The notes under the pieces are model-generated. The model made no database searches. It worked only from the letters and a program-made list of their open reading frames with translations, and had not been told where the DNA came from. Below, piece by piece: positions 11,141 through 23,851 of a DNA stretch of 64,000 nt (its first letter is position 1; every line of letters begins with the position of its first letter). The stretch comes from Azolla caroliniana (Eukaryota; Plantae; Polypodiophyta), in NCBI GenBank assembly GCA_043228905.1, contig JBHGNT010000003.1, positions 11,842,001 to 11,906,000 on the forward strand. The letters run 5' to 3'. The position numbers and the translations under genes were made by a program.

Positions 11141-14100
11141 TGTCGAATACGAATGTATACTAGACGTATTCACACTATCCTCTTAGAGAGCCCAAGTTCG
11201 GGCTATTTCTGTAAATAACATAAAGGGCAGTTGCCCTAAGTGAGTCACTATATAAAGTGACTTTGTAACCTTTTGTAAAGGTTGGTTGTTCATTATTGTA
11301 ACGGTTGCCTCTTTATGAATATAGATATATTCTTTGTGCCTCTCTCTCTCGCTCTCTCTGTACGTATTTTGTACTTGCACATCTCATACGCAGGTATTTC
11401 TTCCTCACAGATTCATACTGTGTGATCTCTTCCGCACTTACGGCCTTGTCCATTCCCTACATTTGGTATCAGAGCTTGGATGTCCTTCATCCCGCTGTCA
11501 GCCGCCATTCGAATTTTTGGATCACAACATTCTGTTTTTTGTTTTGTATTTGAAGAAACAGAGAAGAGAGAAGAAGAAGAAAAACGAGGCTTGCATCTCA
11601 TCACGTTAGATCATCTTCGCTTGGAGTAAGCCAGCCGGCTGTACTCTGTTCCTCGTGATCGTAACCGCTCGAGGTGAAATCCCCTTGTGCAACATTGACA
11701 CGATCGTGCTCCACTCGGTTAAACGGCATCCAAACAGGTCACTGAACGCTGCTCGCCGCCCGTTGTAACCACTCGGTGCATATCGGTCTCAAGACAACAA
11801 CCCTAATTCGTGCTTCATCCGGCTGATTGACATTCGGGAGGATCAATTGGATCCGTCTCTCTCGTCACTACAGTCACCCGAAGCAAAATCGGTCCAGATA
11901 ATCGGTCTCAATAATCGGTATTTGGCATATATATTCGGAAGCGAACCGAGCTCACTCCGACTCGGGTTCATTCGGGAAGACCAATCGGTTCTGTCCCTCG
12001 AGTTACCGGAGTCAATTCAAGCAAGTTCAACAATACATATATCCGAAACCAAACCGACTCGGGTTCAAATCCGACTAGAACGATATCGGGTGAGCCGACC
12101 GGCTGCACTCCAACAAGGTTCGTAGTCAACTCTGAACCGAGCTTCGTCAACCGAAACCGAATCTGATGGCATCAACATCCGGCTCATCGGAAATGAGTCT
12201 AAGGAGGTTCGACAGTTCGAACTTTGATTTTTGGAAGGAGCAAATGTAGGACTATCTTATAGTCAAGGGTCAGATCGATCTGATTGAGACTGAAACTGCT
12301 CCAGAAATATACAAGGCAAATGAGTGGCAGAAGCTGGACAAAATCGTACGCGCCACAATTCAGATGCACCTGTCGGAGTCAGTGTACTTCACAGTGCAAT
12401 CGTGCACGACAGCCTTCGAACTTTGGAAGAAGCTGTCGGATACCTATGAAAAGAAGGTTGCCTCAACGAAGATGTATTTGATCCGGTGCCTCTACAACCT
12501 GCGGATGAAAGACTCTGATTCGGTTCAGGCACACCTTAACGAGTACGAAAGTTTGAGCTCCCAAATCTCGTCACAAGGGACGACAATCGAGAATGAACTC
12601 AGAGCAATGATACTCATGAGCAGTCTCCCCTCCTCTTGGGAAACCTTCGTTACATCTGTGTGCAACGCAACGCTTCTACGACTGCCATCAAGTACTCCGA
12701 AATCACAAGTGCAATCCTGACTGAAGTAGCTCGGAGAAAGTCTTTCACCAAAGACTCGGCAAAAGAAGCCTATGTAGTACAAGGTTCGACCGACCGATCG
12801 AACAACTGGGGAAGAAGTTCTTCCCGACCGCCGACAAATCAGCGAAGCCGCAGCAAGTCCCGGGAAACCCGAATCTGCCACTACTGCAAGAAACCGGGAC
12901 ACATCAAGGCCGATTGTCGGGTACTCAAGTCAAAGACAGACAAAGCTCAACGAGCTGACCAGAGGAGTAACTGACATGAGGAAGTCAACTACGTCGGCTC
13001 TTCAGCCGAGATATTGATGACCGACCCGAACATATTGTCCATAGAGAATCCAGTCGAATCAGAAGTTCTGCTTACAACTGAGGAATCGAGCACATGGCTT
13101 CTGGACTCGGGCGCATCGTATCACGTGACACCTCACCGATCACAGTTTCGACAATATTCAGACCAGCACTCCGACTCAGTTCGAGTCGGAAATTCGCAGC
13201 ACTGTGCTATCATCGGAATCGGCACCGTAGAGCTCAACCTTCCGGGTGGCTCTACACTCGTACTACACAACGTCCGATACGTTCCTGAGCTCTCACGACC
13301 CTTGATCTCAGTCGGACAACTTGATGAAGATGGCATCCGTGCTGGTTTCTCATCAGGAGGGTGGACACTCCACAGAGGGAACCTCCTGCTTGCTAGAGGA
13401 TCAAAGGTACACTCATTGTACCCTTTGTATGTAACACTTAGAGAGGGTGACTTATTTCTAGTAGATATCCCTGTGTCATCCTTATGGCATGGACGACTTG
13501 GACACCTCAGCAAGGCCGGCATCACGCACCTATCCAGAGCCGGATACATCCCGAAACTCTCCTTCTCGGACCATCAGTTTTGCGAGCATTGCCAGTACGG
13601 CAAACAGGTAGCCGCATCACACCCGACATCAGCACCAAGAGAGTCGAGCCCGCTCGATTTGGTCCACTCGGACGTCTGTGGCCCGATGCCACATCAGTCA
13701 CTTGGTGGTGCCTCGTACTTCGTCAGTTTCATTGACGACTCGACTCGGAAGGTGTGGGCTTACCCCATCAGAACCAAAGATTGGGTGTTCTCGATCTTCT
13801 CAGATTGGCTCGCAATGGTCGAAAACCAGACCGGTCGGAAACTGAAGTGTCTCCGAACCGACAATGGAGGTGAGTTCAAATCTGATGAATTCGTCAAATT
13901 TTGCCGAGAAAGCGGCATTAGACGTGAATATACGGCACCATATAGTCAAGTAGACCTCTAGGACTTAAGATACCTCAGGAAATATGGACCGGCAGAAAGC
14001 CGAATTATGATAAGCTGAGGATTTTCGGTTGCGAGGCATACGCCCTCATACCAAAAGACGACCGCCGAAAGCTCGAACTGAGATCCAGGAAATGCGTTTT

Positions 14101-16537
14101 CCTCGGGTACAGACCTGACGGCGAGATCGGATACCGACTCTGGGACCCCGAGCACAGGCAAATCGTCTGAAGTTCGGACGTCGTGTTCAACGAGTCGACT
14201 ATGCACAAAACGGCCGAAAGGCCTATTAAAGTCCGAAGGGTAATATTTTCCGAAGTGCCAACCCTTCATGACGGCCCAGCACACAACACGAGACCGGTTT
14301 CACGGGTAACCGACTTCTCTCGCACCGAATCCACAGATTCGGCACAGCCGAATGGTTCGGCTTCCAACCATCCGACATCGACACCCGGTGCGACCAGTCC
14401 TGTCATACCTCGAAGATCTGAGAGACTGTCGCAACCTCCGTAGAGGTACTCTCCCGGAATTTTCTTCACCGACGCCGGCGAACCGACGTCCTACGAAGAA
14501 GCATCGGCAGCTGCCGATTCAGCCACCTGGCATCTAGCAATGGAGTCGGAAATGCACTCCATCCGCGCCAACAAGACTTGGGATCTGGTCGACTTACCGA
14601 AGGATCGACGTGCTCTTCCTTGCAAGTGGGTCTATAGACTAAAGGAGACATCCGACTCGACCACCCCAAAGTACAAGGCCAGATTAGTTGCGAAGGGATT
14701 TCAACAGGAATATGGCGTCGACTTCGACGAAATCTTTTCACCAATGGTGAAAATGACAACCCTTTGTTTCATGCTCGGTGTTGTGGCCGCCGACAATTCG
14801 GAGCTGATTCAGCTAGATGTGAAAACGGCATTCCTCCACGGTGATCTAAAGGAGGAAATCTACATGGAGCAGCCAAAAGGCTTTGTGGCCACCGGTTAGG
14901 AACATCTAGTTTGTCGACTCAGGAAGAGTCTTTACGGCCTGAAATAGGCACCCCGATAGTGGTACAAGAAGTTCGACGATTTCATCCAGTCGGCCGGCTT
15001 CTCCAAGAGCGATGAGGACCACTGCCTCTTCACCAAAACAGCTCACGACGGTTCTCCCGTCTTCCTCATCATCTACGTGGACGTTATGCTACTCTCCGGT
15101 CGGCATACCGGAGAGCTCACCGAAGGACCTCGGTCTGGCAAGACACATACTTGGAATGAAGATTAGTCGGAATCGCGCCAAAAGACAGCTTTTTCTGTCT
15201 CAAACCGACTACATCGGACGTGTCTTGGAACGCTTCAACATGCAATCGGCCAAATCTGCTTCGACCCCGCTCCCCATTCATCTTCGGCTTTCTCAGCAAG
15301 ACTGCCCAACATCCGGTCCGGAGGGGGAAGACATGAAGTCGGTACCGTATGCACCGGCAATAGGCTCTCTGATGTACGCGATGGTCGCGACACGGCCTGA
15401 TATTTCTCACGCCGTAGGAGTCATCAGCAGATTTATGCACAATCCCGGCCGATCTCACTGGAACGCAGTCAAGCATGTGTTCAGATATTTAGCTGGCACA
15501 AAAGACCACGGCATCCTTTTCGGTCCGAACTCAACTTCAGGCATAGCCGGTTACACCGACTCGGCCTTCGCCGGCTGTGTGGACAGTCGCAAGTCAACAA
15601 CCGGATATTGCTTTAAATTCGGCAATGGAGCAATCTCGTGGAAGTCGAAACTTCAGGAGTGCACAGCCACCTCAACGACCGAAGCAGAATATGTAGCTGC
15701 CTCCGACGCAGCGAAAGAAGCTTTATGGCTCGGTCGGCTGGCGCACACGTTTTGGCAAGTCGACTCCGACTCAGCTCCAGTTGTCTACAGCGACAGTCAG
15801 AGTGTTGTTGCTTTGTCGAAAAATCCGGTTCATCACAACGCCTCCAAGCATATCGAAGTTCGATATCACTTCATTTGGGACTGCGTCATTTCCGGGAAAA
15901 TCGGTTTAGAGAAGATATCCACAACCGATAATGTCGTAGATGGAATGACCAAGTGTCTTTCGGCAGACCGGTTCCGGTCTCTTCGGCAATAGATGGGCGT
16001 AACAACATATCGGTCCGGTTGAAGCCGGACATAGTGCAGGATGGTTTCGGACAACAGACATCGGTTCACTGACGATCAGCTTCAGCTTTTCTGACCCGAC
16101 CAGTTCGGTCTTTTGTCTACGGATCATGCCGATTCAAACAAAACCGACCTGTCCGAGAACCTATGCCTATACCTGTATTTTTTAGATAACCCATGTATAC
16201 GCCTATTACGGGGGAGTGTCGAATATGAATGTATACTGGACGTATTCACACTATCCTCTTAGAGAGCTCAAGTTCGGGCTATTTCTGTAAATAACATAAA
16301 GGGCAGTTGCCCTAAGTGAGTCACTATATAAAGTGACTTTGTAACCTTTTGTAAAGGTTGGTTGTTCATTATTGTAACGGTTGCCACTTTATGAATATAG
16401 ATATATTCTTTGTGCCTCTCTCTCTCACTCTCTTTGTACGTATTTTGTACTTGCCCGTCTCATACGCAGGTATTTCTTCCTCACAGATTCATACTGTGTG
16501 ATCTCTTCCACACTGACGGCCTTGTCCATTCCCTACA
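11141..16537 (+). mobile_element. Ty1/copia LTR retrotransposon (Tork/Tnt1-like), full length, decayed
   Basis: 321-bp LTRs at 11141-11461 and 16217-16537 (~10 mismatches by eye); TSD CAAGG; PBS TGGTATCAGAGC (tRNA-iMet) at 11464-11475; PPT GGGGGAG before 16217. Confidence 0.95.
12166..16022 (+). pseudogene. Copia gag-PR-INT-RT-RH polyprotein, disrupted
   Basis: CHYCKKPGHIKADC; WLLDSGASYHVT; HGRLGH...CEHC; LRTDNGGEF; KARLVAKGF; YVD; SKHIEVRYHFI. Premature stops, and deletions near 13945 (integrase core) and ~15120 (RT). Confidence 0.9.
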
Positions 16538-16944
16538 CAAGGTACTGTCCCACGGGCGTGCCATGTGTTACCCGACCAGCAAAGACCAAGGTGTGAAAAG
16601 GGGAATTGTTATTTAGGAATCTGTTGAAATTACTAGTCTTAATATATAGATTAATATATGAGAAGATGTGGACGGACGGACCGGAATCGGTATGCCGATC
16701 CGGATCCGGACCGATCCCGAAAAGGTGCCGGTTGGCACTGTTTTGTACTTCGCACCGGTGACCTATATAAAGGCCAGTTATAATGTAGTCATTAACGGAA
16801 AGTAATATAAACCTTTTGTTTAATCATTGAGTATTGTTCACCATTCTGTGCTTATTGTATATCTTACGCGTGTTAATGATGTATTGCTAAGTATCCGATT
16901 AAGGTCCAATTAAGCGTTGTGTCATAAGTTATCTCGTCGTAACA

Positions 16945-18530
16945 CCCTTTGGTGAAGTATCTTAAGTGGACACCCTGTGTTAGGTTGTTGTCCGGCCCTA
17001 AGGATTAACACGCCACTTCATCAACTTGGATGTTTGTCAAAGAAGCCATCTTCTAATCTTCTATTTCAAGCACTTGAATCCTTCCTACCACCTCTTCACG
17101 TTAGGTTCACCACTTAATTATGTCGTGAAAATCCGCCAGTAAGTGCGGATCGTGAGGCGTAACTGCCGGGGTTCTAGACCAGAAGGATTTAGGGCTTAGC
17201 GCTTGATGCATTTTAAGCTTAAAGACGAGAGATTTCCCTCTAATAAGAGTAAATTGGAAGTATAAGAGATCGAATAATAGTTAATTACATTCATGCATAA
17301 GCAAATCTTCGAGTAGGAGATTATGCGAGATTGAATAATACTTAATTATTCTTATGAGTAAGAAGGCTTAGAGTAAGCAAGCATGAATAACACTTAATTT
17401 TACTTATACATAAGAAAATTGTAAAGAAAGAGATCATAAGAGAGGAAACATGGAAAGCTTTTTATTACTAAATCATCACTATAATGGATCTATTTTGTTA
17501 CATGATTTTTTTTTCTATCCCCTTTAGGGTATAAGAGTATGAAAGAGGAAACATAAATCTTTTCTTCTTCAAATCCCCTCCTTCCTTCTTCTTAAAATAA
17601 ACTCTTATTTATAGGTTTAGGATTGCTTGCTTCCATCCACCAGTAAGTGCGGATCGTGAGATAGAACCGCCGGGGTTCTGGACCGGAAGGATTTAGGGCT
17701 TAACGCTTAATGCACTTTAAGCTTAAAGACGAGAGATTTCCCTCTAATAAGAGTAAATTGATAGTATAAGAGATCGAATAATAGTTAATTACATTTATGC
17801 ATAAGCAAATCTTCGAGTAGGAGATTATACGAGATTGAATAATACTTAATTATTCTTATGAGTAAGAAGGCTTAGAGTAAGCAAGCATGAATAACACTTA
17901 ATTTTACTTATACATAAGAAAAGTTTAAAGAAAGAGATCATGAGAGAGGAAACATGGAAAGCTTTTTATTACTAAATCATCACTATAATGAATCTATTTT
18001 GTTACATGATTATTAATTTCTATCCCTTTTTAGGGTATAAGAGTATGAGAGAGGAAACATAAATATTTTCTTCTTCAAATCCCCCTCCTCCCTTCTTCTT
18101 AAAATAAACTCTTATTTATAGGTTTAGGATTGCTTGCTTCCTTTCTTTCTTTCTTTCTTTTTCCCAAAAGTTTCTCTATATGAGTCGAGTTTTCTTTTTA
18201 TCACTATTTTTGTTCTGTAACGTCAAATCTGACATGCAAGATACTCCTAGACAGCTATTTCTGTTAGCTTTCTTATGCATCATTCCTTTTCTAATTTGGA
18301 CATTGGACGAGGAAATTAGGAGCTTTTTACTCGACCTTGCTCCTCATATCCACGGCTAGCTTTTCTTTCCCTATCTTTTTCTCTATTTTTGTCTACTTTC
18401 GAAAACCGCTTCTAACTTTTTATCCTTTCATTTATTACAATAGTTTATTTAACAACATTGGTTTATTTGGACTACTATTGTATCCTCTTTTGAGGGTGGT
18501 TTCGGACTATGTGTCGAAAACATCACGACA
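16945..18530 (-). mobile_element. Element C: 5' LTR (17121-18530), tRNA-Trp PBS and start of the internal region of a minus-strand gypsy-type element; element B is inserted into it
   Basis: Terminal inverted ends TGTCGTGA/TCACGACA; minus-strand PBS TGGTGAACCTAACGTGAA at 17095-17112; minus-strand TATA (CTATAAATA). Confidence 0.8.
17131..18141. repeat. ~505-bp tandem duplication inside the LTR of element C
   Basis: Units 17131-17634 and 17635-18141 both begin ATCC(G/A)CCAGTAAGTGCGGATCGTGAG and end GATTGCTTGCTTCC. Confidence 0.9.
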
Positions 18531-21500
18531 ACGCGGGCCCAACGGAAAAGAAGTGTTTAGATGCATGTGGTGCGACAGCTTCGAGCACTCACTAAGGGAG
18601 TGCGCTGACTTGCAAGAGACAATATGCAAGAATGTCGTCTATTTGGATGGCAACATGATCCACTCGAGAGAGACCTGGAAGCCACTATGAGTGAACTTCG
18701 GAAGAAGCAAGCTGAAAAAGATTGTGGAAGAAGAAGACGCAAGGCATGTGGAAGCTATGCACTATGTCGCATCGGCTGGGATACGAGTTGGAAGAGAGAA
18801 TCTAAAGACAATCAAGCCAGGAGCTGGGTTTTGGCCGACGGTCTTCAAGTGCGAGAACAAAGGAAAAATTGATTTTGGAGGATCTAAAATTTACTGATTG
18901 AAATGTGCGACGAGTTACCGAATGGTCAGATCTAGTTGGCGATAAAAGAAGCTTTGCAAAGGTTGTGTGCGACAACTATGAAGCTCTTGTCGAAGTGAAG
19001 AGGAAAAGAACTAGTGAAGAAGATGGCACATCAAAGCATCCCAATACGAGGAACGCAAGGAAAGAAGGGCAAACCCAACTTATGCCACGAAAAGAGGTTG
19101 GGGAGACAAGCATGAAGCCTGGTGGATCAAGCCAACCTGCACGGATGGAAGTCGATGAATCTATGAAGAAAGGAAAAGAACGAGCAGCGCCGACTTACAA
19201 GCTAAGGTCGGACATTGAACAAACAACTGACTTGCGAAAGGTCCTTGAGGAGAAGGTTTTAGACAGTCATGTTGATCTTACTTTGAGAGAACTACTTGGG
19301 ATTGCTCAGAAGGAGTTCTATGATACTATCGTGGACCTTATTAAGCAGAAGAGGCAACAATCGGATGAAGAGGAGGTGAAAACAAGTGCCATAACCATGG
19401 CAAGGTCAGAAGAGGAGGAAGAAGAAGAAGTGATGGCGGACAGCCATTACTCTCGGCCTCATTGGGCAAGAGTGACAACGGAGATGCCGGTGAAGATCGG
19501 GGAGAAGAAAGAGACCATGGTAGCATTGATTGAGCATGGCTCGGAGATCAACCTCATGTCGACCGAGTTCTACAAAAAAGGAAGATGGCTGATTAAGACA
19601 AACCATGGATGGAAGATTCGAGCGGCAACAAAGGCCACGGAGGACTTGTACGGAGCTTTCCCCAATGTTAAAGTCACGATCGGGGATGTGGAGATGGATC
19701 AACACTTCTTCATGCAAGACTCAGCTTCGCATCCTGTCATCCTAGGACAATCGTATATCACATCGTCCCGGATGGAGACCAAGGTCTTCGATAATGGAGC
19801 AGCCTTCGCGCGAGTCAAGAGCCTTGACAGTCAAAGATCTGTTCAATTCCTAACGGTGCAAGCTAATCACGAAAGGAACCAAGATAGCCTTGGAGGCGAA
19901 TCTTCGGATTTTTGGAGCGAACTATTGAAGCGTGGGGCACAAATAGTCCGAGCAATCATAAGTCCCCACAAGGAAGCAGAGTGCGTGGATTACAAGAAGA
20001 AGCAACATGTGTCACACCTAGCGGCGCATGTAAACTAAGGATGATAGAACCGATGGTGATCTTCACGGTATTGCATGGGCCTTGGAATTTGAAACCAATA
20101 CCGATTCCGAGAGCACACCTATCGAAGCTGATCGAGCTCTTAAAGGAGAAGGTGAATATGGGAATTCTAGAACCGTCGAACGCTCCTTACTCTAATAGGT
20201 GGTTCACAGTGCTGAAGAAGAATGGATTGTTGCGATTCATCCAAGATCTTCAACCCTCAACAAGGTGACAATTCGGAATGTTGGAATCGGTCTGAGTGTG
20301 GATGAAATTGCTGAGGCGTTTGCGGGCCTGTCCATCTACTCTGTTGGCGATCTCTACTCTGGATACAATCAATTCCAATTGGCGGTCGACATTCATGACA
20401 TTACAACCATGAGGACTCCAATCAAGCTTGTGCAGATGTGTACCCTACCTCAAGGTGCAACGAACTCGGTGGTTCATATGGTGAATGCCATGAACAAGGT
20501 CTTGAAGGATTGCATCCCGGGAATCATGATGCCCTTCTTGGATGATATTCCAATAAAAGGATGTTCGGATGAGGAGAAGGATGAATCGAAAGATAGGGAT
20601 GGATGTAGAAAGTTCGCCATGAATCATATGAAAGATTTCAAGAAGGTGCTGCAAAGGCTCGACAATGCGAATTTGACATTTTCGGGAGAAAAGTCCACAT
20701 TCGAGCAACTAGAGATCTTGGTGGTAGGTCACTTGTGTGGAGCATACGGCCGGAAGCCTTTGCCATCCAAGGTGAATGTGATCCAAGACATGAAAGAAGA
20801 ATATGTAACCCAAACAGAGGTTCGAAGGTTCCTTGGAGCATGCGCATTTTATCATATTTGGATTCCACACTACGCCCACATTGTTGAGCCATTGTACGGT
20901 CTGCTAAAGAAGAAGTGGAGGTTCGAATGGACGAGCGAGCATACTTTCGCCATCCGAAGGCTAAAGAAATTACTAATGGAGGCACCTGCATTACGGAAGG
21001 TGGACTATTCAGAAGGTAAGCCCATTGTCGTGACCGTGGATACTAGTCCGACTGGAATCGGATGGGTTATCAACCAAGAAGACGAATATTGCAACCAATA
21101 TGTGATTTGGTTTGGCGCGAAAGTGTTAAGTGAAGAGGCAGCTATGGGGAATCGTATCGGCGATCAAATCTGATCATGACTACCTTATTGGAGCAGAAGT
21201 CAATAATCAAGACAGATTTCCTACCAATCTTGGGCATGATATCTGGTTGTAATACACGAGATATTGCCATGTTACGTTGTATCACATATATCAAATCACT
21301 CAACCCAGAGATCCATCATGTAGCTAGGAAGCGTAATTTCGTTGCAGACATGCTATCACGAGCGAGATATGACGGAGAAGAAGATCGACTATCTGATGAC
21401 GAGGATGTTGGCTTGGATTTCTTTCTATGCTCGGATGCTCACTACTTTCATAGAAGAGGACTACGAAGGCGAATTCGTGGAGATCGGGAAATTCTTGAGT

Positions 21501-23851
21501 TCTCTCCAAAGAGATGAGTCCTGGTCGACGGAAGACTTCCACCGAATTCGGAAAAAGGCGTACAAGTATTTCCTTAAGGATGGAGCTCTTTGGAGGCATG
21601 CAAAAAAGAAGAATGGGACTCCAATAAGAGTTGTCTGCAAGTTGGAAGACCAACAAAAACTGATGTCCGAATTACATGATAGTGTTTTTGGAGTCTATTG
21701 AGGAAGCTTAAGGATATAGGCTACGTTCGCGAAGCTTAAGGAGAAATATTGGTGGTCGAGCATCTACAAGGATGTAGCAGCTTACGTAGAAACATGTAAG
21801 GAATGTCAGATGTTTTCGAATATTCTCCATTGAGATGAACTTCATCCGACTTACCCATTGGTTATGCATTACAAGTGGATGGTGGACATCGTAATGATGT
21901 GAATGCGGTGATGGCAGATGAGGTATCTTGTGCTCGCGAGAGAGGATCTTACCAATCAAGTTGAAGGGTGAGCATTGAGAACTAAGGAACATCATCAGTA
22001 TGCAAATTCCTTCTTGAAGATGTTATTTGTAGATATGGATGCTTTGGCAAGATAGTGGCGGATAGAGGCGAGTTGGACACCAATGAAGGTAGAGAATTCT
22101 TTACCGGGATGGGAATCAAGTTATCTCTTACCACGACGTATAGTCCGGAAGCGAATGGGAAAGTGGAACGTGGACATGGACCGATTGTGAAGGCTCTAGT
22201 GAAAGCTTGCCATGGGAAAATAGGAGAATGGCTACATCTATTGCCATTTGCACTATGAGCTGACAGGACTACTCATAGCACGGTGACGGGATAAATGCCG
22301 GTAGAGCTCATATTCGGACAAAAGCCGATAATACCAGTGGAGCAAAGTATTGTTTCATGGATGGCATTGCCATGGCAAGATGAGATAAGTAGAGAAGATC
22401 TACTAGCATTGAGGATTCGACAGTTGGAGCAGAAGTTGGAAGATATAGAAGTGGCTAAAGCACGACTAAAGAATACAAGGTTGAAGAACAAGAAAGACTT
22501 CCACAGACGACATCGACTTCATCCGAGGAAAATAGTTTAAGGAGATTGGGTGCTAGTTTACAATAGTAGCCTAGACAACCAACATAGTACGGCTCGGAAA
22601 TTTTCACAGCAATGGTTTGGACCATATGTGGTGAAGAAAGTGGAAGATAATGGCACATATCATTTAGCACACTTGATGGTACATCACTTGCTTTGTCAAT
22701 TTCCGGGAAAAGAATCAAGATCTTCAAGAGAAGAGACAGAATGGAAATCGGATTTGAAGCTTTAGACGATTCTATCTTGGGCATCGATGACGAAGTAGAG
22801 TAATCAAAAGAGGAACCTCACCACAATTGGCACATACTAGTGGATGTGTAGGTTTGGTGGGGGTGAATGTCGTGTGGTTCTTCACGCACGATATAAAAAA
22901 TAATGAAATTATTATTTTAGATTAGCTTAATGGCTTGGTATGAAAAGATGGACATCTTCAAGAGCTTCCGAACGCATTTTACTACATATGAAACAAACAA
23001 CTAAGTATCAAGTTATGTGAGTATGAAGTTTGAGAAGATGGGGAAAACATAACTGTGAGATACCCCACATAGATAGGATAACATCGAATCCAGCAATATA
23101 TAAGCAGACCCAGAACCTATTACTTCATAAATGTGTGTTTGGAGTACAGAACAATCGAAGTAATTTGGGCCAAATTGTCCAGGCGGACGGATGCGGCCGA
23201 ACTTCTTGGACGAATAGATGTGGATGAAACTGCATGAAACGATTATGGAATAGTTCGAAACACGCGGATCGGTCGGGATGCGCAGATTGGATCGGTCGGG
23301 ACAGTCATGATGCGTGGATCAGGCGGGACGACCGTACGGATCATGCACAATGTGGACGCATGCATCTGAACATAGAGTGCATAAAACTTTAGTTAAAAGA
23401 CAACGCATGATCGAAAAAGTTATTCATGCACATCTCACATGCATGAACGCTATTATTAGAAGAAAACGCATGAAATCTATAGTTAGAAAAAGCATGGATT
23501 GCTAAGACTTTCTCATCCCTATATAAGGAGGGAAAGCACAATGTAATAGGGGGGTAATTTTTTTCCTTAACTTTTTGGAGCTATCTCTCGGATAAACCCT
23601 AATTTTCCTTACGGAAGCCATATCTCTCAAAAAGCCTAATTTTTCTTATCTATTAATCTCTTTAAACCTAAACTTCTGTAATCCCAATCTTGGGATAGAT
23701 TGTAATTTTTCTTTTCCTTTGCTAATAAAATTTATTGAACTTCCTCATTTCCGTTAATTCTTTAATACAAACGCACGAATTTGTTATCCTCTGGTCGGAG
23801 GCCCCGGGGTCCTGCCTCAAGTTCACGTATCTTTGTCATATTTTCGCGACA
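18531..23851 (+). mobile_element. Element D: decayed autonomous-type Ty3/gypsy element related to element A (5' part displaced by element C)
   Basis: CMWCDSFEHSLREC; protease ALIEHGSEINLM; RT LPQGATNSV and PFLDDIPIKG; RNaseH VTVDTSPTGIG; integrase ADRGEL and PEANGKVE; GPY. PPT GGTGGGGGTGAA and 3' LTR 22868-23851 with the same termini as element A. Confidence 0.9.

Larger units (their letters stand above)
4038..16944 (+). mobile_element. Element B: decayed Ty3/gypsy element (5' part upstream of the window) with an extra 3' ORF; interrupted by element A and by a copia at 11141
   Basis: gag-PR-RT-RH-INT order; extra ORF ~8760-11111; PPT GAAAAGGGGAAT at 16595-16606; 3' LTR 16607-16944 (TGTTA...TAACA). 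Confidence 0.85.
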
